Of a stretch of DNA of 64,000 nt, positions 39,136 to 47,447 are shown piece by piece. A program made the translations under genes and the position numbers. Source of the stretch: Candidatus Vogelbacteria bacterium (GTDB lineage: Bacteria > Patescibacteriota > Minisyncoccia > Phycocordibacterales > XYD1-FULL-46-19); assembly GCA_016188295.1 (NCBI GenBank), contig JACPIA010000011.1:3993-67992 (forward strand), read 5' to 3'. The stretch's first letter is position 1; each line of letters opens with the position of its first letter. The notes below the pieces were generated by a model. It made no database searches, was not told the origin of the DNA, and saw nothing but the letters and a program-made list of their open reading frames with translations.

Positions 39136-39342
39136 CTAAAGTAATAAAGATAATGCGCTGGTAGTGAGTGAGCGCCAGAGACCGAGGTGATCGCGATTGA
39201 GACGGCGGAGCTCGCTTGTTAATTGTTTGTGGCGTCGCGCGTCGCACGCGTATGATAAACGATGCATTATCTTCCAATCGATTTGATCGTTTAATTTATT
39301 GAGTTCATCTTGTAGGGCTGATTTAAATTGTTGTTTACTCAT
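39136..39342 (-). CDS. Small hypothetical protein co-transcribed with lexA
   Basis: 6-nt gap after the lexA stop; helical 68 aa. Confidence 0.7.
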   Translation of the reverse strand: MSKQQFKSALQDELNKLNDQIDWKIMHRLSYACDARRHKQLTSELRRLNRDHLGLWRSLTTSALSLLL

Positions 39343-39348
39343 GTTATT

Positions 39349-39918
39349 TTATAATTGTCTGATAATAGCGGTAACGACAGCGGCGATGTTTAAACTATGT
39401 TTAGGGTAAATGTTTTTAAATTGACTATTCGCGGGTTCTAAATAATTTTGGCCATTTTGTTCTTTTAAATATTTCATTGTCCAACCGCCGTCTATTTCCG
39501 CAATCACAATATCGCCCATCATCCCTTTTTTACTTTTATCCGCTAAGACCAAGTCACCGTCGTAAATGCCGGCCTCCATCATTGAATCGCCTTTAACAGT
39601 GAGGAGGTACGAGTGTTCACGATCTTCCACCAACATCTCATCTAAACTGACAGTGTCCAACTCCACAGCCTCGACACTAGTTGGTATCCCCGCCTCGACG
39701 ATACCTAATAATTTTAACGAACCAAATAAATTGCCCGGGACTAAGTGGCCGGTGTGATCTTTATTTACAACACCCTCGTCTAACATTTTTTGGACTAATT
39801 TATAAACCGCGTTTTTAGATTTAAAACCAACCAGAGACATGATCTCACTGTAGCTGGGCAGGCGTCGGTGACGATTATAAAACTGGCTGATTTTTTGTTT
39901 ATATTCCCCATAACTCAT
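39349..39918 (-). CDS. lexA: LexA repressor
   Basis: PSYSEI wHTH, VEAG cleavage site, VKGDSM, TMK; ATG 39918 lies 6 nt after the -10. Confidence 0.9.
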   Translation of the reverse strand: MSYGEYKQKISQFYNRHRRLPSYSEIMSLVGFKSKNAVYKLVQKMLDEGVVNKDHTGHLVPGNLFGSLKLLGIVEAGIPTSVEAVELDTVSLDEMLVEDREHSYLLTVKGDSMMEAGIYDGDLVLADKSKKGMMGDIVIAEIDGGWTMKYLKEQNGQNYLEPANSQFKNIYPKHSLNIAAVVTAIIRQL

Positions 39919-39924
39919 GTAAAT

Positions 39925-39954
39925 AGTATAAGTGAACATCCGTTCACTAGTCAA
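39925..39954 (-). promoter_or_regulatory. lexA promoter with SOS box
   Basis: TTGACT-18-TATACT; the spacer is the palindrome AGTGAAC-N4-GTTCACT. Confidence 0.9.
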
Positions 39955-39987
39955 TAACTCTACTGTGGATAACCCTAGTGAAACAGC

Positions 39988-41529
39988 TTAAGCTCTTTTT
40001 GGTCGATATTGGAGAGCCTCAAGTAAATGGCTCTCGTTGATATTGTCAGTATCAGTGAGATCAGCAATAGTGCGAGCCAATTTAATAACGCGATGAAAAG
40101 CGCGCGCCGATAAATTTAATCGGCGCGCGGCATCTTCCAACAAAGTTGAGGCACTATCGGATAGGGGGGCAAATTGTTTAAGCTCTTTAACTGTCATCTC
40201 GCTGTTGGTGGTGATATTCTTGTTGGCGGTTTTAAATCTTTTATTTTGACGTTTGCGTGCGGCAATCACTCGTTCGCGGACATTACTTGATGGTTCCTCA
40301 CTTCCCTCGCCGCGCAAGCTCGCTGGGTCCACCACGCCCACCTCCAACCACAAATCAATTCGATCAATAATCGGTCCGGATAATTTACGATCATAACGGT
40401 CGAGGGCTTGTGGTGTACAAATACATTCGCGCACTTTGTTGCCACGGTGTCCGCAGGGACAGGGATTCATTGATGCCACTAAAGTAAAACTGGCCGGGAA
40501 AGTCATTGAGCCCTTGGAGCGGCTAATGGAAACAATCCGATCCTCTAATGGTTGGCGTAAAGCTTCTAAAACTCTCTTTTCAAACTCGGGGAATTCATCT
40601 AGGAATAAAACACCACGATGGGCTAATGTAATCTCACCCGGCTTGGGCCAAGCACCACCGCCAACTAATGAGACATAACTAGCGGTGTGGTGCGGTGAGC
40701 GAAAAGGGGCTTCGGTTAAATAATGTCCATCAAGAGCACCGGAGGCGGAATGGATACCGGTGGTCTCAATAATCTCGTCAAAAGAGAGTGGTGGTAACAG
40801 GCTAGCAAAAGCCCGCGCCAACATTGTTTTGCCGGTGCCGGGGGGACCAAACATCGCTACGTTGTGTCCACCGGCGGCGGCGATTTCCAATCCGCGTTTG
40901 GCGGTGTGCTGACCACGAATGTCAGCTAGATCATATGTAGCGCTATTTTGATTAGTCACAATTTCGGTCGGCATCGCTGGGGTTAAGAGAAACTTTTTAT
41001 CGTCTCCTCTTTTGATTGGCGCCAAATGAGCCACAATCTCGGCTAAAGTTTTTACCGGGTAAACGGCAATATCGCGCACTAATGCCGCCTCGGTGGCATT
41101 GGCATCTGGTAAATACACTTCAGTAAAACCGGCATCCCGCGCTTTTTTGACTAACACTAAAGTGCCGGTAATTGGTCGGAGCTCGCCAGACAATCCTAAT
41201 TCACCTAAAAATAATTTACCAGTTGGTTCAAAATGTAAAATATCGCTCGCCGCCAAGGTGGCGAGAGCGATCGCCAAGTCAAAAACCGAACCCTCCTTTT
41301 TAATATCGGCCGGAGCGAGTGAGACAATGATTTTACGATTACCTTTGTGTGGCGGTGGGAAGCCGGAGTTTTTAATTGCCGCACTAATCCGGTCGCGCGC
41401 TTCTTCGACGGCTTTGTCGGGCAAGCCCACAATATTAAACGAGTGTAAACCACGAGAAACATCCACTTCCACATCGATAATATCTGATTTTAGTCCCGAT
41501 AACTGCGCGGCCCGGACTATAGCGATCAT
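39988..41529 (-). CDS. comM: ComM/YifB Mg-chelatase-like AAA+ ATPase
   Basis: IVGLPD..VEEARDR, LAPADIKKEG, GPPGTGKTMLA, PFRSPHH, FLDEFPEF, NPCPCG. Confidence 0.94.
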   Translation of the reverse strand: MIAIVRAAQLSGLKSDIIDVEVDVSRGLHSFNIVGLPDKAVEEARDRISAAIKNSGFPPPHKGNRKIIVSLAPADIKKEGSVFDLAIALATLAASDILHFEPTGKLFLGELGLSGELRPITGTLVLVKKARDAGFTEVYLPDANATEAALVRDIAVYPVKTLAEIVAHLAPIKRGDDKKFLLTPAMPTEIVTNQNSATYDLADIRGQHTAKRGLEIAAAGGHNVAMFGPPGTGKTMLARAFASLLPPLSFDEIIETTGIHSASGALDGHYLTEAPFRSPHHTASYVSLVGGGAWPKPGEITLAHRGVLFLDEFPEFEKRVLEALRQPLEDRIVSISRSKGSMTFPASFTLVASMNPCPCGHRGNKVRECICTPQALDRYDRKLSGPIIDRIDLWLEVGVVDPASLRGEGSEEPSSNVRERVIAARKRQNKRFKTANKNITTNSEMTVKELKQFAPLSDSASTLLEDAARRLNLSARAFHRVIKLARTIADLTDTDNINESHLLEALQYRPKRA

Positions 41530-41553
41530 GATGTGGCGATGGTTCTAAAAAAA

Positions 41554-41868
41554 TTAGGCGTCGCGGTGAGTAATACAGGTGGTCGCGGCGGGGTTGGCGT
41601 CCAAGCGTTCGGACTCAATCGGTTGTTTGCAAATAACGCAGTAGCCGTAAGTCTCATCCTCAATTTTAGCTAAAGCGGTTTTAACTTGGTGTAATTCTTC
41701 TTTCAACTCATCGGTACCAGCTGCTTCTTCACCTTGTTCTTCTAAGCGGTCAGCAATCTCATCACGGAAAGCGACCTCGCTCTCTTCCGTTTGACTGAGC
41801 TCGGCCAACTCTCCCTCTAAACGTTTTTTTTCGGACTCTAATTGTTGTCGGTATTTAGTGATATCCAT
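41554..41868 (-). CDS. DksA/TraR zinc-finger protein
   Basis: ALAKI..TYGYCVIC..RLDANP..C..H. Confidence 0.88.
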   Translation of the reverse strand: MDITKYRQQLESEKKRLEGELAELSQTEESEVAFRDEIADRLEEQGEEAAGTDELKEELHQVKTALAKIEDETYGYCVICKQPIESERLDANPAATTCITHRDA

Positions 41869-41872
41869 ACCA

Positions 41873-43072
41873 TTACTCTACCACAGGCAAGCGGGACAAG
41901 GCCACCACTTTTTCCATCGTGGCGGGTGAGATGGTAATGACTAAAGTTTGATTATCGATAAAAGCATAGAGTAAGTGTGGTTGGCCATTGGTGTCGACAA
42001 TGGCTCGGGCATCAATATTTTTAATCAATAAATCAGTAAATCCGCCAGCTGGCGGAACGGTCTTTAAAGTGTTGTAGCTAGTATCTGGGAAATACGGTTT
42101 GATTAACGGCGCTAAAATACTTGATCCGTGAGCTAGTAATTGAGCAGCTATATTCTCATATGAATTGATCGTCAAAATGATAAACGGTTCAGTGCCGGTG
42201 GGGGTGTGATACAGGCCCAACAGCCAATTATTATTCAAAAAACGGATAAATGGTCGTGGCAGTTCGATGCCGAGTATTTCATTGGTTTCGCGCAAACCGA
42301 GTACTGCTTTAGCTTCTAAAGTCTTATCATCTTCATCGATCTCGGCGATCACTTTAGTAAAGTAAAGACCGGTGGTGCTGTCGGTAGGGCCACTAGCTTG
42401 GACAGTCCGCCTGACTTTAGGGAGTAGGGTTTCTGTTGTTTCACCACTGGTGATCACCTCATATTGAGTATCGGTGGGGAGTATCAATTTAACTGCTGTT
42501 TGCGGAGTAATGGTGGTCGAGGCGATCGGATTTAATTTAAAAACATAAGCGATCACTAATCCCCCACCGGCTAAAAGTACTAAAGTTAAAGCAATAATGG
42601 CAATAGTAGTATAGGCTTGATGCTCCACTTGTTTAGCGCTTTGACGACGTAAGGCTTGAGCTTCGAGAGCGATTTTAGCCATTGAAAGTTTGCGGCTGGA
42701 GGCGGCATCTTGGACATCAGTTTTTAAGGTCCGTACAGAACTTAAACTGACGCGTGGTTCACCACGCAATTGTTCGGTTAAAGTGGCCGCTTCGCGTCCT
42801 TTAGCTATCCGACTGGCTTTAGCGGCCTCAGACTCGCGGGCGCTCGCCTCAGCCGCCGCTCGCTCTTTAGCCTCTTTAGCGGCTACCTCCGCATTATGTT
42901 TTTTGATTTGTTCGTCGTGAATTTTTTGGGCCAGTTTTTTCTCGGCTTCTAAGCGTTCAGCTTCGACACGTTTACTGCGGCGGGCCGAGCCCTCCATCGC
43001 CAAAATAGCCTGTTCACGACGTTTAGCTAATGTCTCTGTATCGGTGGGGATTCTCTGCTCCTCGGGAGGCAT
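41873..43072 (-). CDS. Hypothetical membrane protein with N-terminal coiled coil
   Basis: Charged helical N-terminus, VRTLKTD, one TM, IKNIDAR..LYAFID. Confidence 0.75.
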   Translation of the reverse strand: MPPEEQRIPTDTETLAKRREQAILAMEGSARRSKRVEAERLEAEKKLAQKIHDEQIKKHNAEVAAKEAKERAAAEASARESEAAKASRIAKGREAATLTEQLRGEPRVSLSSVRTLKTDVQDAASSRKLSMAKIALEAQALRRQSAKQVEHQAYTTIAIIALTLVLLAGGGLVIAYVFKLNPIASTTITPQTAVKLILPTDTQYEVITSGETTETLLPKVRRTVQASGPTDSTTGLYFTKVIAEIDEDDKTLEAKAVLGLRETNEILGIELPRPFIRFLNNNWLLGLYHTPTGTEPFIILTINSYENIAAQLLAHGSSILAPLIKPYFPDTSYNTLKTVPPAGGFTDLLIKNIDARAIVDTNGQPHLLYAFIDNQTLVITISPATMEKVVALSRLPVVE

Positions 43073-43088
43073 ATTATTTTAAAAAATT

Positions 43089-43646
43089 CTAAACACTTAA
43101 TTCGGCTTTAATGGCATCTAACTTGGCCTGCAACGACTCTTCCTCATCCAACAATTTTTGATAACTGGCGGTTTGCTCGGCAATTTTGCCGTCAATCACA
43201 TCAATCTCTGCTTGTAATTTCCATTTGGCGTCCTCTAAACTGCGGCGCTTATCCTCCACGATTCGCCGATTCGCTTCGATTTTATGTTTTTCGGATGGTA
43301 AACCGGTTTCGTTCTCTGTTTTTTCTAGACCAGTTTCTTCGGCTTCAACTTTAGCTTCCTGCTCGACAATTGGTGTCATTTTTTGTTTAATTATTGTTTT
43401 CTCGTCATCAAGTTTGACCCAGAGTAACTCTAACTGCTCCTTTTTTTTAACGATTACCGCTAATTTAGTTTCTAGTTCTTTACTTTCTTCTTTGATCTCG
43501 CGCTCGTGCTCGGCTTGCTCAATCTTAGCCGCCCGCTCCGGCCCCGCCAACGCTTTTTTAGCCTCGGCTAATTTATCAACCACCTTTGGTTCCACGTTGG
43601 TATAATCTGGCACACCGACGGGATTAGGATTATTATTCTCGTCCAT
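43089..43646 (-). CDS. Hypothetical coiled-coil protein
   Basis: E/K-rich heptads; TATAAT just upstream. Confidence 0.75.
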   Translation of the reverse strand: MDENNNPNPVGVPDYTNVEPKVVDKLAEAKKALAGPERAAKIEQAEHEREIKEESKELETKLAVIVKKKEQLELLWVKLDDEKTIIKQKMTPIVEQEAKVEAEETGLEKTENETGLPSEKHKIEANRRIVEDKRRSLEDAKWKLQAEIDVIDGKIAEQTASYQKLLDEEESLQAKLDAIKAELSV

Positions 43647-43747
43647 AGTCTTTTTATTATAGCAAAAGAATGACTAAATATTGAAAATAAAACTCCCGAA
43701 GCCAATTGCTGGACGACGGAAGTAGTAAACTGTTGGATCTGATACGG

Positions 43748-44155
43748 TCAGGCTGGCAGATCAATCTTCTCGATCTGCCAATCATCAGGTTCCACTTGTC
43801 TCAAATATTGACTACAAAACCTAATGATCAGTTTAATCCCCTCTAGCCCTTGAGTCAGGCCTGGGTAATAGACTTTCAAGGCATCAGGTAATCCAACTTG
43901 TTCATTCATAAATCGTGCTAATTCAGCTGGAGATGCAGTACGAAGACTGTCAACCAATCCTTGTCCCAATTCATCGAGGACATGACTACTATCACCTTGG
44001 GAAAAGAAAACAAGAGACTGAGCAATCCGGCTTCGTGTCGACTGTGGAAGTCTATTGAATTGATCAACGATATAATTTAGTTCTGCTCCATGACTCCATT
44101 TCAGACGCTTTTCTTTGATTCCCAGTGACTGACACACTTCTGGTAATGTCGGCAT
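43748..44155 (-). CDS. Hypothetical protein (ORFan)
   Basis: SD AAGGAG; upstream TTGACA at 44240-44245. Confidence 0.65.
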   Translation of the reverse strand: MPTLPEVCQSLGIKEKRLKWSHGAELNYIVDQFNRLPQSTRSRIAQSLVFFSQGDSSHVLDELGQGLVDSLRTASPAELARFMNEQVGLPDALKVYYPGLTQGLEGIKLIIRFCSQYLRQVEPDDWQIEKIDLPA

Positions 44156-44359
44156 GTCTTTCTCCTTATACTTATAGTTGAGTTAAGTTTGACCTCAGGT
44201 TGACCTCTGAATCTACTACTAGCACTTAATTAAGCTAACTGTCAAGGTCTCGCCTTGGCAATGGTTTTATTCAGTTAGATGTGGTTTAATTGAAATTGGA
44301 ATTGGCTAGTTGCTAGTTGAATCGAGTTCTCATTGGGATTGTCTAAAAATAGGAGAAAA

Positions 44360-44497
44360 ATGATGAAAAGGATCATTAAATGGCTCCGCCGGTTAAGAAA
44401 GAACTGGATTCGGAGAAGGCGACACCGGGAAGGTCTTCGGCAATTAGATGAGCAACTAAGTCTGATTCGCCGACAACAAAGATTGGGCCGGTCATGA
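44360..44497 (+). CDS. 45-aa cationic amphipathic peptide (not in ORF track)
   Basis: SD AGGAGA; MMKRIIKWLRRLRKNWIRRRRHREGLRQLDEQLSLIRRQQRLGRS; hairpin directly downstream. Confidence 0.55.
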   Translation: MMKRIIKWLRRLRKNWIRRRRHREGLRQLDEQLSLIRRQQRLGRS

Positions 44498-44504
44498 GAA
44501 TACC

Positions 44505-44533
44505 ACCGCAACGAGGCTAAGCCTCGTTGCGGT
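44505..44533. repeat. REP-like palindrome (RAYT family), possibly also a terminator
   Basis: ACCG-CAACGAGGCT-A-AGCCTCGTTG-CGGT followed by TTCTGTTT. Confidence 0.88.
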
Positions 44534-44589
44534 TTCTGTTTACTTATAATCAACTAGTCTTTATAATCAAATTATTATTTTAATTATTC

Positions 44590-44967
44590 ATGAGACGAGA
44601 GTCGTTATCATTCAAATCATCGGAGGTAGAACCATCATTCTTGGCTAATTATTGGCGACGACTTGGTCTACCGGGGCAGCCACCTCGGTTGGGATCGGTA
44701 GCCGAGAGTCGCTTGCTGGACCGCTGTCAAGCTTATACCGATTTAGTGTTATCGGGAAAAAATCGTATTGGTAGAGAAGATGAACGTCGGCGATTGCATA
44801 ATGAGTTGGCCGTAATGATTTTTGGACAAACTCGCACGGAAATGCCTTATGATCTCGCGGAAAAAATTTCTGAATTGGCATGTCTGGCTACCACTGGCGA
44901 GACATTAGAGCAGGCTTTTACTCGTTTAGCACAAGCTCGTCTGGATCGTGAGCAAGAAGACGAATAA
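44590..44967 (+). CDS. Hypothetical protein (ORFan)
   Basis: 125 aa; two TTATAATCAA copies upstream. Confidence 0.65.
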   Translation: MRRESLSFKSSEVEPSFLANYWRRLGLPGQPPRLGSVAESRLLDRCQAYTDLVLSGKNRIGREDERRRLHNELAVMIFGQTRTEMPYDLAEKISELACLATTGETLEQAFTRLAQARLDREQEDE

Positions 44968-45000
44968 AATTAAGACCGCCAATCACGAGGATGACAGTCT

Positions 45001-45252
45001 TTAAAGATCACAGATCGGGTTGTTGGTGACAGCACAGAATGTTTGTCGTTGGTACTCTACTTCGTGAATCCAGCATCCTTGGTCATTTGATTTATTGATG
45101 CTGATAACGACCGCTCCGGCCCTTAGTAATATCCCAAGTTCCGCTGGGGTGATGAAGTATTTATCTTTCCTCCCCCAATCCCGCCGACATTCCCTTGCTA
45201 TCCTGCTTGCTTGTCTTGGCGCTAGAGCTGTCACGTTTGTCCCATTCATCAC
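45001..45252 (-). CDS. Hypothetical protein (ORFan)
   Basis: SD AAAGGAG; converges on a hairpin at 44972-45001. Confidence 0.6.
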   Translation of the reverse strand: MMNGTNVTALAPRQASRIARECRRDWGRKDKYFITPAELGILLRAGAVVISINKSNDQGCWIHEVEYQRQTFCAVTNNPICDL

Positions 45253-45310
45253 ACTCGTCTCCTTTCTCCGATTTTTAGACTATAACATTATAGCAGATAT
45301 TTGTCTAATT

Positions 45311-45850
45311 TTAGTCGGATTTACCGTTTTTGTTCCCGGTTCCGGTAGTGAGTAAATATTTACGAGGATTATCATCCAAGTTCATAAAATCGTCTACCGC
45401 CTCCTTAAGTTTAGAGGAAGTGCTTTTGCCAAAGGAAATTGCCTCCACCTGACAACCCATGTGATCTTGTAAATATTCGACTAATGGAACAAAATCGCCA
45501 TCACCCGAAACCAGGATAACGGCGTCGAGTTTAGGGGCCAGTTTAACGGCGTCCATCGCTAAGCCTACGTCCCAATCAGCTTTTTTAGCGCCGCCGGCAA
45601 AAATTTGTAAATCTTTGGTTTTAACCTCAATACCCATTTTACCTAAAGCCTCAAAAAAGTTTTTTTCATCACCACTCTCGGTGGTCACCACATAGGCTCG
45701 GGCGCGCACTAACTGTCGGCCGGCCAAAGCATCTTTCATGATCGCGCCAAAGTTGACGCGAGCGTGATACAAATTTTTAGCACAATGGTATAAATTTTGC
45801 GTATCAATAAAAACGCCAACCCGTTGGCTCTTGTGTTTGATAATCGACAT
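45311..45850 (-). CDS. NYN domain (LabA/DUF88) PIN-like protein
   Basis: VFIDTQNL, KKADWDV, VSGDGDFVPL, SSKLKEAVDDF. Confidence 0.92.
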   Translation of the reverse strand: MSIIKHKSQRVGVFIDTQNLYHCAKNLYHARVNFGAIMKDALAGRQLVRARAYVVTTESGDEKNFFEALGKMGIEVKTKDLQIFAGGAKKADWDVGLAMDAVKLAPKLDAVILVSGDGDFVPLVEYLQDHMGCQVEAISFGKSTSSKLKEAVDDFMNLDDNPRKYLLTTGTGNKNGKSD

Positions 45851-45858
45851 GTTTAACT

Positions 45859-46104
45859 TTATTTAATTACCGCTTCGGCTTTTTTGCGCTTAGTTAAAAG
45901 ATACTTTTCGTGAGTACGACGCTCGGAGACAAGCTTGAGCAGACCGCGACGCGAGTGATTATCTTTAGCATGCTTTTTTAAATGTGAGGCCAACTCATTG
46001 ATCCGCTCGGTGAGCAGGGCAATTTGGACTTCCGGCGAGCCGGTGTCTTTAGTATGGCGTGCAGTCTTTTTAATGACTGCGCTCTTTTTCTTAGTCGTAA
46101 GCAT
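45859..46104 (-). CDS. rpsO: 30S ribosomal protein S15
   Basis: [28 protein letters not shown]; ATG 46104. Confidence 0.96.
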   Translation of the reverse strand: MLTTKKKSAVIKKTARHTKDTGSPEVQIALLTERINELASHLKKHAKDNHSRRGLLKLVSERRTHEKYLLTKRKKAEAVIK

Positions 46105-46239
46105 GAAATAAGGTATAAAAACCGTTGCAATTAATAATGGTTTATAAAAAGTGGTGCATTTCTGCACCGCTCCAATACTAGCATAATTCCCCCTTTTTTG
46201 TCAATCTGTCATAAGGTTTTGTTTTAGTGGGAGGAAGTA

Positions 46240-46264
46240 AAACCAAACATTCAATGTTTGGTTT
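46240..46264. repeat. REP-like palindrome
   Basis: AAACCAAACATT-C-AATGTTTGGTTT. Confidence 0.6.
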
Positions 46265-46328
46265 AAAAAACCTGACCGTAAATCTGATAAGTAGTCCCAC
46301 GTCGCACAATATTTGATACAATGGGAGC

Positions 46329-47204
46329 ATGGCTGGGAGCGAAATTCAAAAGTTAAAACAAGAGTTTTTGGAGTACTTGGAGATTGAGCGCGGGCGGAGC
46401 GTTAAAACGGTGGAGAATTATGATCGCTACCTTACACGACTTTTTATTTTTGGTAAAGTAACTAAAATTAGTGACATTGATGACGACTTAGTGCGTCGCT
46501 TCCGCCTCACTATTAATCGTGAGAATTTAAAAAAGAACACTCAAAACTATCATTTAATCGCTTTACGCACTTTTCTTAAGTTTTTAGCTAAAAAAGGGAT
46601 TAAATCCCTCGCCCCCGAGCGCATTGAGCTCGCTAAAGTGGGTGCCCGTGAGCTTGACCTTATTACCGAGGCCGAACTTAAGCGCTTACTTGATGGTCCT
46701 AAAACTAATACCCTCTCGGGCTTGCGCGATAAAGCACTATTAGAACTCTTATTTTCCACTGGTCTACGCGTCTCGGAATTATGCTCCTTAGATCGCGACA
46801 GTATTGACCTTTCTCGCGGTGAGTTTACCATCCGTGGTAAGGGAGAGAAGGTTCGCCTCGTTTTCCTCTCTCCAGAAGCGGCGAGTTATTTAAAAAGTTA
46901 TGAGGGGAAGCGTAAGGATTTAGACGAGGCTTTATTTATTAACCCTGATGGTGGCCGGCTTAGTCCTCGCTCTATTGAGCGTTTGGTTAAAAAATATGCC
47001 ACCCAAGCCGGTATTGGCCGCCGAGTCACACCCCACACCCTCCGCCACTCCTTTGCCACTGACCTGCTCCAAAATGGGGCGGACATTAGATCAGTACAAG
47101 TGATGTTAGGTCACGCCAATATTACCACTACTCAAGTGTATACCCATGTTACCGACCGCCAACTCCGCGAGATCCACAAAAATTTTCATAATAAGAAAAA
47201 ATGA
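46329..47204 (+). CDS. XerC/XerD-type tyrosine recombinase
   Basis: TGLRVSEL, GKGEK, HTLRHSFAT, LGH, TTQVY. Confidence 0.93.
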   Translation: MAGSEIQKLKQEFLEYLEIERGRSVKTVENYDRYLTRLFIFGKVTKISDIDDDLVRRFRLTINRENLKKNTQNYHLIALRTFLKFLAKKGIKSLAPERIELAKVGARELDLITEAELKRLLDGPKTNTLSGLRDKALLELLFSTGLRVSELCSLDRDSIDLSRGEFTIRGKGEKVRLVFLSPEAASYLKSYEGKRKDLDEALFINPDGGRLSPRSIERLVKKYATQAGIGRRVTPHTLRHSFATDLLQNGADIRSVQVMLGHANITTTQVYTHVTDRQLREIHKNFHNKKK

Positions 47205-47264
47205 CTTTATAAAGTTATCCACAGTTTTGTTTGTTGTCCTTTAAAACAGTTATAGTACAATAAA

Positions 47265-47447
47265 GGACAGACGATGATCAGGACCTATAGGACGAGAACC
47301 TCAGATAATTTTGTTAGATATTTTTTCTCCTCATAGTCTAGCAGATTGTGCCCTTTTTATCGGCGTTTCGCAATCAACTATCATTGTTTCCGTGCCCTGC
47401 ATGTCCTCGTCCGCCCCGCCCATTTATCTGAGGCGGGTTGTTTGTTT
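47265..47447 (+). ncRNA. Candidate small RNA or leader transcript
   Basis: TTGTCC-16-TACAAT promoter (47234-47261), internal stems, plus-oriented terminator CCCGCC/GGCGGG-TTGTTTGTTT. Confidence 0.45.

Noticed and set aside
4643-44529. Recurrent 21-bp palindromes as a CRISPR array
   Set aside because: Dispersed over 40 kb with no regular spacers and no cas genes; better explained as REPs
46329-47204. Xer gene as a prophage or island integrase
   Set aside because: Size and motifs fit a housekeeping XerC/D; flanked by rpsO and cca with no cargo
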